A DNA stretch of 64,000 nt from Anthoceros angustus. Lineage: Eukaryota > Plantae > Anthocerotophyta. Below are positions 12,074 to 24,474 of the stretch, piece after piece (the first letter of the stretch is position 1; each line of letters begins with the position of its first letter). The stretch lies in assembly GCA_010909165.1 (NCBI GenBank), contig MU008152.1, positions 496,001 through 560,000 of the forward strand, written 5' to 3'. The notes beneath the pieces were generated by a model. The model did not search any database. It was not told the origin of the DNA and worked only from the letters and a program-made list of their open reading frames with translations. Made by a program: the position numbers and the translations under genes.

Positions 12074-14431
12074 GATCAAGAACAGGCAAAGGCAAAAGTG
12101 AAAGGAAAGGCATGCATGGTATGCACATATGTATATCAACCATGTCTGGATGCATATGCGGCCAGGATTGGCGGCTTGGCAGCCTGGCAACCGGGTATCC
12201 TATCAGGCTGTGCCACAGGATGTAGAACCGCCATAGCCACATAGTTCTGAGGAGCTGATAAGATCCCATCACCGTGCACACAGCCACACACTTGTCCCTG
12301 CGAGCCGCCGGAATTCCGATCTGGAAAGTTTGGAAACATGGGTCAGCAGGGCATGTCAGCTGCGCAGCTCATGCTGGGCACCCTCACATCGAGGCAAATG
12401 TGCTCATCTGCTTGAATCTGTCTCGGGCTCTGGAGAGCTACGACCTGGCGGGGCTTGGCCAACACCTCCACTTGGTGGGCTGTCGTGCCCGATTCCTCCT
12501 CCACCATGACACCGTCTCACCTGTGGGGAGTTGTCTGTCTCAGAAGCTGCTGCAAGATGGGAATGTTAAACCTGCCCATCGAGGCTTGGCATCTGCGTTG
12601 TGCATCGAATGCCGCTGGCACAAGGAAGACTGTGAGAGCTCCAGCTCGAGCTGCTGCACTGCTTGCTCGCACCAAGGCCTTCATGCACCGATGCCGTTGC
12701 GTCTCCTCGAGTCTCATCAAAGGCAGAAGGTCGTTGGGTATGGGCGCCACATAATCGCTTTCAAACGCCCAGATATCTGATCAGATTGGCAGATCCAGCA
12801 CGGACAAGACTGCCAGGCTTTCATGCACGGCACGTTGCAAAGTCTGTTATTCACGCCACAGGCCAATAACTCCTCGGAAAAACTGGAGTCTCCGAGTTCG
12901 GCAGTGGAGCGCTTAGTCGTGCGCCAGTTCGGCTGTGCGGTGGCAGGATGACTTCCGCAGCTCGACCAGATCTCCGCGGCCCCATTTCGGTGCTCACCAG
13001 GGGAGCTCTGGTGAAGGAAGGATGTGAAACCATGGTAGATTTTGTGGGCGGTAGAGCTGGGATTGGTTCCCGAAAGAGGTGACGAAGCCGAGCTGCAGAT
13101 GCTGTGGTCGTACATTTGTTGAGTGCTTGCTGTGGGAAGCCTTGCGGGAGGCCTTGGGGATTTTGTGGCTAGGGTTGGTGGAGGAGATGGGGATGTCAGA
13201 GGCACAGGTGAAGGCGGAGTCTTCTCTGTTGGAAATGTCCGAGGAGCTGGAGATCAAGAACAGGCAAAGGCAAAAGTGAAAGGAAAGGCATGCATGGTAT
13301 GCACATATGTATATCAACCATGTCTGGATGCATATGCGGCCAGGATTGGCGGCTTGGCAGCCTGGCAACCGGGTATCCTATCAGGCTGTGCCACAGGATG
13401 TAGAACCGCCATAGCCACATAGTTCTGAGGAGCTGATAAGATCCCATCACCGTGCACACAGCCACACACTTGTCCCTGCGAGCCGCCGGAATTCCGATCT
13501 GGAAAGTTTGGAAACATGGGTCAGCAGGGCATGTCAGCTGCGCAGCTCATGCTGGGCACCCTCACATCGAGGCAAATGTGCTCATCTGCTTGAATCTGTC
13601 TCGGGCTCTGGAGAGCTACGACCTGGCGGGGCTTGGCCAACACCTCCACTTGGTGGGCTGTCGTGCCCGATTCCTCCTCCACCATGACACCGTCTCACCT
13701 GTGGGGAGTTGTCTGTCTCAGAAGCTGCTGCAAGATGGGAATGTTAAACCTGCCCATCGAGGCTTGGCATCTGCGTTGTGCATCGAATGCCGCTGGCACA
13801 AGGAAGACTGTGAGAGCTCCAGCTCGAGCTGCTGCACTGCTTGCTCGCACCAAGGCCTTCATGCACCGATGCCGTTGCGTCTCCTCGAGTCTCATCAAAG
13901 GCAGAAGGTCGTTGGGTATGGGCGCCACATAATCGCTTTCAAACGCCCAGATATCTGATCAGATTGGCAGATCCAGCACGGACAAGACTGCCAGGCTTTC
14001 ATGCACGGCACGTTGCAAAGTCTGTTATTCACGCCACAGGCCAATAACTCCTCGGAAAAAACTGGAGTCTCCGAGTTCGGCAGTGGAGCGCTTAGTCGTG
14101 CGCCAGTTCGGCTGTGCGGTGGCAGGATGACTTCCGCAGCTCGACCAGATCTCCGCGGCCCCATTTCGGTGCTCACCAGGGGGAGCTCTGGTGAAGGAAG
14201 GATGTGAAACCATGGTAGATTTTGTGGGCGGTAGAGCTGGGATTGGTTCCCGAAAGAGGTGACGAAGCCGAGCTGCAGATGCTGTGGTCGTACATTTGTT
14301 GAGTGCTTGCTGTGGGAAGCCTTGCGGGAGGCCTTGGGGGATTTGTGGCTAGGGTTGGTGGAGGAGATGGGGATGTCAGAGGCACAGGTGAAGGCGGAGT
14401 CTTCTCTGTTGGAAATGTCCGAGGAGCTGGA
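12074..14431. repeat. ~1178-bp tandem duplication
   Basis: GATCAAGAACAGG at 12074 and 13252. Identical ORF translations are offset by 1178 (12274 vs 13452). Confidence 0.95.
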
Positions 14432-16937
14432 GAGGAAGAAGAGGGACAATGAGGCAGAAATGAAGAGCATATCAGAGCAAGTGGAGTTGCTAGCACAAGC
14501 TCACCGAGTGGTGATGATGGAGAAGGACAGGCGAGCTCAAGCCCATGAGACCTTTGCGGAACAGCTGCTGCAGCGTATGCTGGAGAAGAAGCGAGAGAAC
14601 GAGGAGCTGACGAACTGTCAGCAACGCATAGCCCAGGCTCATCAGTGTGTGTCCAGCCTGCTAGCGACCTTGACCACTTCTGGTGAGTTGCATGATTCTT
14701 GATTGCCATGCTTGGATGAACCAAAGCTGTCTGGTCGAAGTGCAGGAATGATTTCACGCCCGAACGCTGACTGCAGGAACCACATCCATCACATCCTCCC
14801 AGGGGACAGGAGCCCTTCCCGAAGGCCATGGCAGATTTGATTCGGATCACAGTGCATTGTCCCGATGTGCACCTCCTGTGCTTGCAGGAAGCCTGCTAGA
14901 GCACGGGACTTGGGAGGGTTTTGGGGCCTCTGTGAAGACTGAAAACGTGGAGAATGATGAACCGTATGACATGATCTTGCCTATATCTGTCGGGAACTGG
15001 CCTTCTGGATTTCACTTCAAGTCTGAGCCTGTAAGTTTCGAAGAATGGAGGTCGTCCAGGCGGGATACTGGTCATTCTGGATCTGAAGGTGGCAAGAGGC
15101 GAAAGTTTGGCACCACCTCTGCCACCGTGGAACCAATCCCGCAGCCTATAGTCCTCAGCTCCGATGGCTCGTCGGATGAGGAGTATCCTGTTTCCGATGC
15201 TAAACCATTGTCCTGCCATAAACCCGACTTGAGAACCGCTTCTGACAGTGCCTGGAAATCCAAGCCTGAAACAATGGTTCATCTTGTGGAGTGTGGTGCG
15301 GTTGAAGAAGCAGATAGTAGCTTGACGCAAGTCTTGACACCCATGGCGAGCAGGACTATGACGACGGGACCTGACGATTCGATGTCCAACACCACCACAA
15401 TTCCCCTCGAAGAAGGCGTCTCTCCTGTTGCAGTTCCTATTACTCCAGAATCAGGGGAGGTCCGAAGGAGAGCTGATGGCCCATCACCTTCTGGTGTTCC
15501 AGTAAGAGATGCCGGTGCTTGCACAGTAGCGGATTCATTTCCTAAGGTGCGAAAGTGTTTGATTATGGTGTACATTTCCTCATCAAGTTTGTCGTCTGAG
15601 GCAATGAAATGATCGTCTATGCTGGCAGGTGGCTGCAAATGCACCTGAGAGTCTGGTTAACCAAACCGTGGCAACAGGAGTTGCTGCAAGCTCACAGGCA
15701 CCAGATCCAGCCCTGCCTGTGAAACGGGGACGAGGTCGGCCAAGGAAGTATCCATTGAAGGTTGATGCAGCAAAGGCCAGTTGTGGTGCAGTCTCGACGA
15801 CTGTCTCTCCAGTTCCTATGCCTGGGGCTCCACAATCTGTGATACCGTTGCCTGAGGTGAGAGAGTACATGCCGATGCAGTGATGTTGTGCATCCTGCTG
15901 GGTATGTCTGAAGATCACCAGATTGTGGAATATTAACTTATTTGTTGTTGGTGGTTCCTCAGAAGGTCGCTTCAGATATGGTTCAAGGAAAGGAGGCAAC
16001 AGGAAACGGAAGCGTACAACCAGCAGCCCTGCCTATCAAACGGGGACGAGGGCGTCCGAGGAAGTACCCACTACTGGTAGATGTAGCGAAGGCTAGCTAT
16101 GATGCAGCAAAGGCTAGCTATGAAGCAGCCATGAAGAAGCAGAACCAGCAAGTGCCAGGAGTTTCAGTGGACAACATTGGGCAGATGGAAGCTCTACGGC
16201 TCACGAACTACATAAGGAGAAAAACAATGTCTCTGCCTGCCCTTGCAGCGAAGGTAACAAAGGCTGTTCGAGAGAGGATGAAAAGTATCAAATTAGAAGT
16301 GGATGCCAAGGGCACCCCTCCCATCCTAATCCAGTGCACTTCACCATCGGATTTCAACCTCAGCTCTTGGCACGATGCAGACAGTCTGGAAAATGATGGG
16401 TTCCAAGAGATCTTTACCATGTACTCATCTGAGTTCAGCAAGAGGCTGGAGCAGAGGGTCAAGTTGTTCTCACAGCACCCATCATGGCAAGCACGGTATG
16501 CTAAGGTTGCCAATCCTGACTTTACTGTAGAGACCAGAAGCCTGCTATCGGCATTTGCTGAAGAAGGCTTTTCTGCCCACCAAGGCCTGAGAACGGAGCT
16601 GAAGAGCAGCATGGAGAACTACATCCGGGCATTCAAGGAAGCACTGCAGGCTTGCAAGGTGCACGTTGCCAAGGAGCTGGTTGATGCCTGGGAGCTTCGA
16701 TACTGGAGACACCAACTCCCAGCAGAGGCCTATTACAAAGACGTGGACACTGCTGCTGTGCTGGAAGCATATACAGCGCTGATGGCTGCTGGGCTGCAGT
16801 CTGAAGCAGCAGCAGTGAAGCAGCTTGTGGACGTGGTTCGAGTCAGTGCTGGAGCAGGGAGTGACAGGGCTCTGAAGGGAACAGCTCTCGTGGGCAAGTC
16901 CATCAAGTTCCTGCTAAGAGACAGCATGACTTGGTAA
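14259..16937 (+). CDS. multi-exon protein with a coiled coil, a disordered region and two AT-hooks; 5' part (12.0-14.2 kb) appears pseudogenised and duplicated
   Basis: PVKRGRGRPRKYP (15629..15883 ORF) and PIKRGRGRPRKYP (15942..16937 ORF). Phase-compatible introns at ~14683-14777, 15547-15628 and 15857-~15962. The upstream frame has several TAG/TGA/TAA stops. Confidence 0.65.
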
Positions 16938-17184
16938 CTCCACTTCCTCCTTCTCTCGCAATGCATGCACATCTCCCATGTGCATTTCTGATCTTCCTGG
17001 TCTTTCTTTTATGGGGTACTGATGCCAGTGGGCTTGCAGGTGCGAAGGGGATGTGATCCATTACAGTCATTGTGATCGCCACCATGTCGTATTGCTGAGT
17101 AATGACCAGCTTCAAAGCCTCAGTCTCTCTTCAACCGAGGTTTCTGTACAGTGAACTGACGTCGCAGAGAGCACGAAGTAGTTC

Positions 17185-17342
17185 ATTTTTGATGACTTAG
17201 AGTTCTATCCGACCTAACTGCCAGCAATGTTACGTCGGAGAACGGACGAATAGTTGATTTTTGACGAGTTAGTTCGTTAGCTCTATCGGACCTAACTGGA
17301 TTTTTTGATGAGTTAGTTCGTTAGCTCTATCGGACCTAACTG
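17185..17342. repeat. three dispersed/tandem copies of a ~40-bp motif
   Basis: TTTTGAYGAGTTAGTTCGTTAGCTCTATCGGACCTAACTG twice, plus one diverged copy. Confidence 0.8.
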
Positions 17343-17548
17343 CTATTGAGTTATGTACGGGCATTGTAATCAGATAAAAGTAGCAAGACTGTTGATCAAC
17401 ACCAGTAGAACAGTACGTCGATGCTTTGTCAAACTGAACTTATGGCCCGTTGCCCGTTTTGAGTAGGCCCCCGTGTGGCACTTTGGTTTGGTGGCTGCTT
17501 TGGCTGCTTTACCGACAAAGAAAGGTTACTCGGGACATAATGAGCCCT

Positions 17549-17668
17549 GTGCCTCGATAGGCAAAGGACCCAAGTATGGAATCCATAGTTGGTGCCTCGA
17601 TAGGCAAAGGACCCAAGTATGGAATCCATAGTTGGTGCCTCGATAGGCAAAGGACCCAAGTATGGAAC
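17549..17668. repeat. 43-bp minisatellite, ~2.8 copies
   Basis: GTGCCTCGATAGGCAAAGGACCCAAGTATGGAATCCATAGTTG starting at 17549, 17592 and 17635. Confidence 0.9.
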
Positions 17669-18837
17669 GTTAACCCAAGTATGGATTCTGAATTTTGCCA
17701 GTTTACTGGTCAACGAAGTCAACCCATGGCTTCCGATCAGATACCGGGACAGAAGACAATTCAAGAAACAAAGGCCGCGGGTGAGTGAGATAAACGTTCT
17801 GGCAGAACGTTTAAGCTCAAGGTTTTCTTGGCTCCCCACACAACACACACAACACTACACTTCAAAAGTACTCATCTTTCACAAAGATGTACAGGGTTCA
17901 GCTTTCTAAAGACTGATAACACCACAAAAAGTCTCCGAATTGCAAAGAATTGAATCACTTCTAGCAAGGGAGCTTTCCCCAAAAATCATATGCTGATTCG
18001 AGCACTGAACAGACTCTGTCGCCTCCTTCTTCAAGGGTGTCATCAGCAGGGGGACGATGATTCCAGCACTGAGCAGACTCTGTCGCCTCCTTCTTCAAGG
18101 GTGTCAACGCCCTGCTGATGTTTACTGCTGAAGGCCCTCTCCCCGCCCAGCCCCTACACACTCTCCTGGATTTCCTGTCACTCGATCCCCCTCCTGGCCG
18201 CTCTATGTCCCTCCCCCACATCCGACAGGCCGTCCCCTCCTCACCACCCCCAGTATCCTCTTGCCAGCTTCACTCCCTGCAGTCACGTTTGTTCCCTCCT
18301 CTTCTAGAGTAATCTTTCCGAGACTGCCCTTGACCACCTTTGTCCAGCACAACTTCACCTCCAACACCTTCCTGGGGATGGCAACTTGGCAAGCATGGGG
18401 AGGTCCTGATCTACATGCACGACTACGGGGCTAAGCTCTCCTGCACCTGTAGAAAAAGTCCTGACTGGCCTGCTCACCCGAGAATTCACGCTCCACATGG
18501 TCGCTTCTACTCTGAAGTCAGTGGTCGAGCTCTGTTGCAGAGCTTCAGGATTCGCTTGATAGCATAAGAGCAGCTGCAACCTCTGTATATTTCGATTGTG
18601 GAGTAAACGTAAACTCTTACTACAAAAATCAAAATGAAATATCATTTTTTTACTTCCGGCGAGCTGATCTCCCCAAGTAGAACATGATCCTTGAGAGCTC
18701 CAACAGTCTGGAGTCTCCCATGAGACCTGCATGCAACACCACAATCTGGTTTCAGTGCATGACATGCTGCGCATTGCTTGCACCTCAGGAGAAAAGTACA
18801 TGAACACTCTGAAATTTGTGAATCCTTGGAACGGAAT

Positions 18838-19774
18838 CTACTCACCGGGAGACGCAGCGTTGCACGCAGGTTCCGGACGAGACTCCGGAGGCTGTACATG
18901 TATCCTGCTTGCCAGGGGCTCAATATCCTCAAACCTGGAGTCTCTGGACTGTGGTAGGGCCAAGCAAGCGGATTCCCGGCCACAAAATACATCCACCTCC
19001 ATTTCTTCATTCAAGATTACCTGTCCAGCTTGCGTCCTCTCCTCGCACACTGGAGCCGAGCCAGGCTCATGATCTCTCTCTTCCAGATCCGGAGCAGTCT
19101 GTGAATTCACATTTGTGCCACTTCCCTCCGCCATGCCCTCTGCACACACCTTTTTGTGGAGGTTCCTCATCGTCGATCCCATGTGGATCTGGGGCTGAAA
19201 TCCAGACCCGGGCTCGTCCGCGCGCTCTTCCTCCTGGCCCGCACTGACGAGCATGCCCTGAGGCCAGATCTCATGTTCCCGGGGCTCCCCGAGCCCCGCC
19301 TGCACCTCCTCCACCTCCTCCACGCGATTTTCAGCTGCCTTCCGCTCTACATCGGGAGAATTCAGGGCTGCCTCTCCTTCTCCTTGCCTGGAAGCTTCCG
19401 TTTTCACATTGTACGTTCTTCCTCTGCCTCTGAACTGTGCCACGAAGGCGAATGTGGCCCAGTCTACTTGCAGACCTCTGGCCGTGGCGATGGCACCTCT
19501 CGCAAAGGACGCGCTCACGATACTCCAGCCTTCTCTGCCAGGATATACCTTGTTGCTCAGGCTTTTCAGGAATGTGCGCCCTATCGTGCGAGCCTTTTTG
19601 AGGTTGATACCTGCCTTGCAGGAGCCGAACTCCTCCACCAAATCCTGCCAAGGCACAATTCGCTCAGAGTAGCGGCTTCTTGGATCCAGGCCTCTGTCGT
19701 TCAGGCCGATGCTGCAGAAGTAGGCCCTGTCAAGCGCGAGCCGCTTCCTTCTGGCGTCTTCTCCAACCATGGCG

Positions 19775-19816
<42 letters not shown>

Positions 19817-19848
19817 TCCTGCGCTTGCTGCTGCATTGGTCGCTCCAT
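18838..19848 (-). CDS. unknown repeated family, copy A1 (first exon); further exons extend to ~18.0 kb
   Basis: Open frame with polyQ N-terminus and core LDRAYFC..GLDPR..DLVEEFG..INLKKARTIGRTFLKSLSNKVYP..FARGAIATARGLQVDWATF. ATG 19848 chosen by homology to copy B. Splice donor CG|GTGAGT near 18845; downstream acceptor TTTTCTACAG|GTGCAG near 18447. Confidence 0.7.
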
Positions 19849-20477
19849 GTCACGCCCCGCTCGAGTCAGGTCTTCCCAGCCCAGCCGCCTGCTTTTCGGA
19901 AGGGAAGGGAAGCGGCTGGACACGGAAGTTCACGATCCCCAATTCCCGCCCAATTGAGTTAACGGGGTTCCCGACGACGGAAACCCTGCATTTGTCCTTT
20001 GGTTTCCTGCATTGTCATTTCATGAGTTGGACGGGTTGCGGCTGAAGCGGGTCGTGAAGTTAGACGGGTCTCGACTGTCCAGCGTGTGAACAGGGCTTCA
20101 TTTGACCCCGTCCCCAGCTCCGTCGCTCGGTCTCGGTCCCGTCCCCGATTGTGTAGAAAGAACGGTTCAGCGTGGTTACGACTCGTGAACTCGCTGGACA
20201 CGCGTCAATTAATGAGAGGATAATGCGTTGTGAGCGGGGTAATCGGTTAGTAAAGCCAGCTTCTCATGGAAACGAGGTCAAGTGTTCGAATCCCGTTTCT
20301 AGGTTCTGCAAAGGATAATGCCAGGGTTTCCGTACGTCTGGAGGCTGTTAACTCAGAACTGGGCGGGGATAGCGAACTTCAGTTGTCCAACCTGCCGCCT
20401 CCCTTCCCTATTGGCGCCAACTGAACGCAGGCGGCTTGGGGTTGGAAGACCTGACCTGAGCGGGACCGGGCGTAGGC

Positions 20478-21285
20478 ATGGCGCGAGCAATGCAGCAGCA
20501 GCAGCAGCAGCAGCAGGCGATGGCGATGGCGATGGAGATGGAGATGGAGATGGAGATGGAGATGGAGATGGAGATGGCGGTGGCTGGAGGTGGCGCCAGG
20601 AGGAGGGGTCCTGTGCTCGAAAGGGCCCACTTCTGCAGCATGGGCCTCAGCGACCAGGGCCTTGATCCAAGAAACCTCCATCGCGGGGATGGAATTGTTA
20701 GCCACCAGGACTTGGCGGACGAGTTCAAGTGGGAGGGCAAGGGTCCCATCCACCTCACACGGGCTCTCACAATAGAGGTCCCATTTCTGAAAACCCTGAT
20801 ACACAAAGTATATCCTCACAGAGGAGTGAATTGGAGCCAGGGGAGCATCGCCTTTGCCAGAGGCGCCATAGCCACGCGCAGAGGTTTCCAAGTGGACTGG
20901 GCAAGCTTGCCTTCGAGGCCCAGTTCATAGGCAGATCGGCCCAGAAGAGGAGACATGTCTACTCTGTGAGGACAGCTGCTTCTGCCTCTGCTCCCAGGCC
21001 AGGAGAAGGAGAGGTCGCCCGTAATGCTCCCGATGTGGCGCGGGAGGCGACTTTGAGGAGAATCGCGCGATGGAGGTGGAGCATGAGCCGGCCTCAGGGC
21101 ATGCTTGTCTGTGCGGGCCAGGAGGAAGCGCGCGGACGAGCCTGGGTCTGGATCTTACTCCCAGATGTACATGGGACTGAGCCACATCCAAGAGAGGATG
21201 AATAGGCTCTACAGCAATGTCCTCGCAAAGTGGCCAAATCCTAACCGGATGCTTACGCAGATGAGTACAGAGGGCAAGAATTCAC
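20478..21285 (+). pseudogene. unknown repeated family, copy B1 (frameshifted, truncated by a rearrangement)
   Basis: Near-identical to 24475-25291 apart from small indels. (CAG)n and (GAGATG)n encode the N-terminus. Confidence 0.7.
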
Positions 21286-21349
21286 GCTCCACATGGTCGC
21301 TTCTACTCTGAAGTCAGTGGTCGAGCTCTGTTGCAGAGCTTCAGGATTC

Positions 21350-22201
21350 CCACGAGAGCGACGGCACCTGCTATGACTGGAATCCAAAGTCGTCTTCTCG
21401 AGACCTGGTTCTGTGGGCATGAAGTTAGAAATATGGACTGCTGCAAAGGGTGCACATCATTTGAGAATGTGTAGCGGAAGCATCACATCTCAACAACAAT
21501 AGTGAACTTTTCTTACCGTCGGTGTATCAGCTTCCTGTCCTTTATCACTGGCCTTGGGCTGGGCCTTTCCTGTGTCACTGGCCTTGGGCTTGGCTACAGT
21601 AGCAGCTCCTTCATGGGTGCAGTTCCCGGCCTCTTCTCGATAGGTCTAGGCTGGGAAGGAGGAGACATCTTTGCCGGGACATCTGCACTCCGTTTGTCAT
21701 TGACAACTGAAGAACTTGTCTTTGCTGGAACCAGAGTCTGGCTTCCATTTGGATTTGGTTGAGACGGCACAACAGTCTTCCTTGGACCATCTCCAGCTTT
21801 CTTGTCATCAGGGTGTGACTTGCCTGTAGCAACAGGTCCCTTGGCCGGAGCAGGTCTCTTATCCCCTGGACTCACAGGTGCGGTTGAGACAACCACTTTT
21901 TCAGGTGCACCAGATTGGGGAGCTGCAGGTGCTGTTCTCAAAGGCGGAGAAGATCCACCCTTCTCAGCTGTTATCGACTGCATAGGTGCAGCAGGTGTTG
22001 CCCTGGACGTTGTACCCACCATGCTCTGTTCCCGGGTAACAGGCTGGACAACGGGAGTTGTTGCTCTGCTTTTGGCATCTGTCAGCCTATTCTCTGCTGC
22101 AGGTTGCTGTGAGGGAGGAGGCACCACGCTCGGTAACAGGTCTCCACCTGTAGCCTTGTCGGAAGCATTAGGAGCTACCGTCAGAGAAACATCTGCACCT
22201 G
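21350..22201 (-). other. ectopic near-identical copy of 7700-8550 (CH-LysM exon 3' part and intron)
   Basis: Same sequence and orientation, bounded by short shared sequences TTC and CTGCACCTG. Confidence 0.93.
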
Positions 22202-23240
22202 TAGAAAAGTCCTGACTGGCCTGCTCACCTGAGAATTCACGCTCCACATGGTCGCTTCTACTCTGAAGTCAGTGGTCGAGCTCTGTTGCAGAGCTTCAGG
22301 ATTCGCTTGATAGCATAAGAGCAGCTGCAACCTCTGTATATTTCGATTGTGGAGTAAACGTAAACTACTACTACAAAATCAAAATGAAATATCATTTTTA
22401 CTTCCGGCGAGCTGATCTCCCAAGTAGAACATGATCCTTGAGAGCTCCAACAGTCTGGAGTCTCCCATGAGACCTGCATGCAACACCACAATCTGGTTTC
22501 AGTGCATGACATGCTGCGCATTGCTTGCACCTCAGGAGAAAAGTACATGAACACTCTGAAATTTGTGAATCCTTGGAACGGAATCTACTCACTGGGAGAC
22601 GCAGCGTTGCACGCAGGTTCCGGACGAGACCTGGAGGCTGTACATGTATCCTGCTTGCCAGGCTCAATATCCTCAACCTGGAGTCTCTGGACTGTGGTAG
22701 GCCAAGCAAGCGGATTCCCGGCCACAAAATACATCCACCTCCATTTCTTCATTCAAGATTACCTGTCCAGCTTGCGTCCTCTCCTCGCACACTGGAGCCG
22801 AGCCAGGCTCATGATCTCTCTCTTCCAGATCCGGAGCAGTCTGTGAATTCACAGGCTGCTCAGGATTTGGAGCCGGCCTGGTTGGATCGCGTCCACAGCT
22901 GGACTTGAATGAAGAAATGCAGTTGGATGTTTCCTGTGGCCAGGAATCCGCTTGCTTGGCCCTGCCACAGTCCACAGACCCCGGGCTTGAGGATATCAGG
23001 CCCCTGGCAAGCAGGCGTAGTCCGGGGTCTCGTCCTCAACCTACGTATCCAGCTCCTTCTCGCGGTAAGTTGATTCCGTTTTCCATAGATCCACAAATTT
23101 CAGGGCATGCTTGTCTTTGCTTATTTGTCTGATGCTTACTCAGGTGTGTACAGATGTAGAGGGCATAGCGAAGGGAAGTGGCCCGGATGTGAAATTACAG
23201 GCTGCTCAGGATCTGGAAGCGAGGGATTATGAGCCTGGCC

Positions 23241-23783
23241 TGTCCGCGCGCTCTTCCTCCTGGCCCGCACTGACGAGCATGCCCTGAGGCCAGATCTCAT
23301 GTTGGGCTCCCTGAGCCCCGCCTGCACCTCCTCCACCTCCTCCACGCGATTTTCAGCTGCCTTCCGCTCTACATCGGGAGAATTCAGGGCCTCCTTCTCC
23401 TTGCCTGGAAGCTTCCGTTTTCACATTGTACGTTCTTCCTCTGCCTCTGAACTGTGCCACGAAGGCGAATGTGGCCCAGTCTACTTGCAGACCTCTGGCC
23501 GTGGCGATGGCACCTCTCGCAAAGGACGCGCTCACGATACTCCAGCCTTCTCTGCCAGGATATACCTTGTTGCTCAGGCTTTTCAGGAATGTGCGCCCCA
23601 TCGTGCGAGCCTTTTGAGGTTGATACCTGCCTTGCAGGAGCCGAACTCCTCCACCAACCTGCCAAGGCACAATTCGCTCAGAGTAGCGGCTTCTTGGATC
23701 CAGGCCTCTGTCGTTCAGGCCGATGCAGAAGTAGGCCCTGTCAAGCGCGAGCCGCTTCCTTCTGGCGTCTTCCAACCATGGCG

Positions 23784-23819
<36 letters not shown>

Positions 23820-23856
23820 TCCTGCGCTTGCTGCTGCATTGGTCGCTCCATGTCAC
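23241..23856 (-). pseudogene. unknown repeated family, copy A2 (frameshifted duplicate of A1)
   Basis: Matches 19215-19850 with several 1-3 bp deletions. Confidence 0.75.
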
Positions 23857-24474
23857 GCCCCGCTCGAGTCAGGTCTTCCCAGCCCAGCCGCCTGCTTTTC
23901 GGAAGGAAGGAAGCGGCTGGACACGGAAGTTCACGATCCCCACCCCGCCCAATTGAGTTAACGGTTCCCGACGACGGAAACCCTGCATTTGTCCTTTGGT
24001 TTCTGCATTGTCATTTCATGAGTTGGACGGGTTGCGGCTGAAGCGGGTCGTGAAGTTAGACGGGTCTCGACCGTCCAGCGTGTGAACAGGGCTTCATTTG
24101 ACCCCGTCCCCAGCTCCGTCGCTCGGTCTCGGTCCCGTCCCCTGATTGTGTAGAAAGAACGGTTCAGCGTGGTTACGACTCGTGAACTCGCTGGACACGC
24201 GTCAATTAATGAGAGGATAATGCGTTGTGAGCGGGGTAATCGGTTAGTAAAGCCAGCTTCTCATGGAACGAGGTCAAGTGTTCGAATCCCGTTTCTAGGT
24301 TCTGCAAAGGATAATGCCAGGGTTTCCTGCACGTCTGGAGGCTGTTAACCCAGAACTGGGCGGGGATAGCGAACTTCAGTTGTCCAACCTGCCGCCTCCC
24401 TTCCCTATTGGCGCCAACTGAACGCAGGCGGCTTGGGGTTGGAAGACCTGACCTGAGCGGGACCGGGCGTAGGC

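Noticed and set aside
12274-13958. 168-aa ORFs and overlapping minus-strand ORFs as genes
   Set aside because: No recognisable motifs; they are off-frame or antisense products of a GC-rich duplicated pseudogenic region.
17549-17668. CRISPR-like 43-bp repeats
   Set aside because: Head-to-tail identical tandem units without spacers.
20233-20300. Functional tRNA-Met gene
   Set aside because: Acceptor, anticodon and T stems do not pair properly; kept only as a tRNA-like relic.
19156-20806. PolyL, polyC, polyA, polyIS and polyHL ORFs
   Set aside because: Alternative-frame and antisense translations of the CAG and GAGATG microsatellites.
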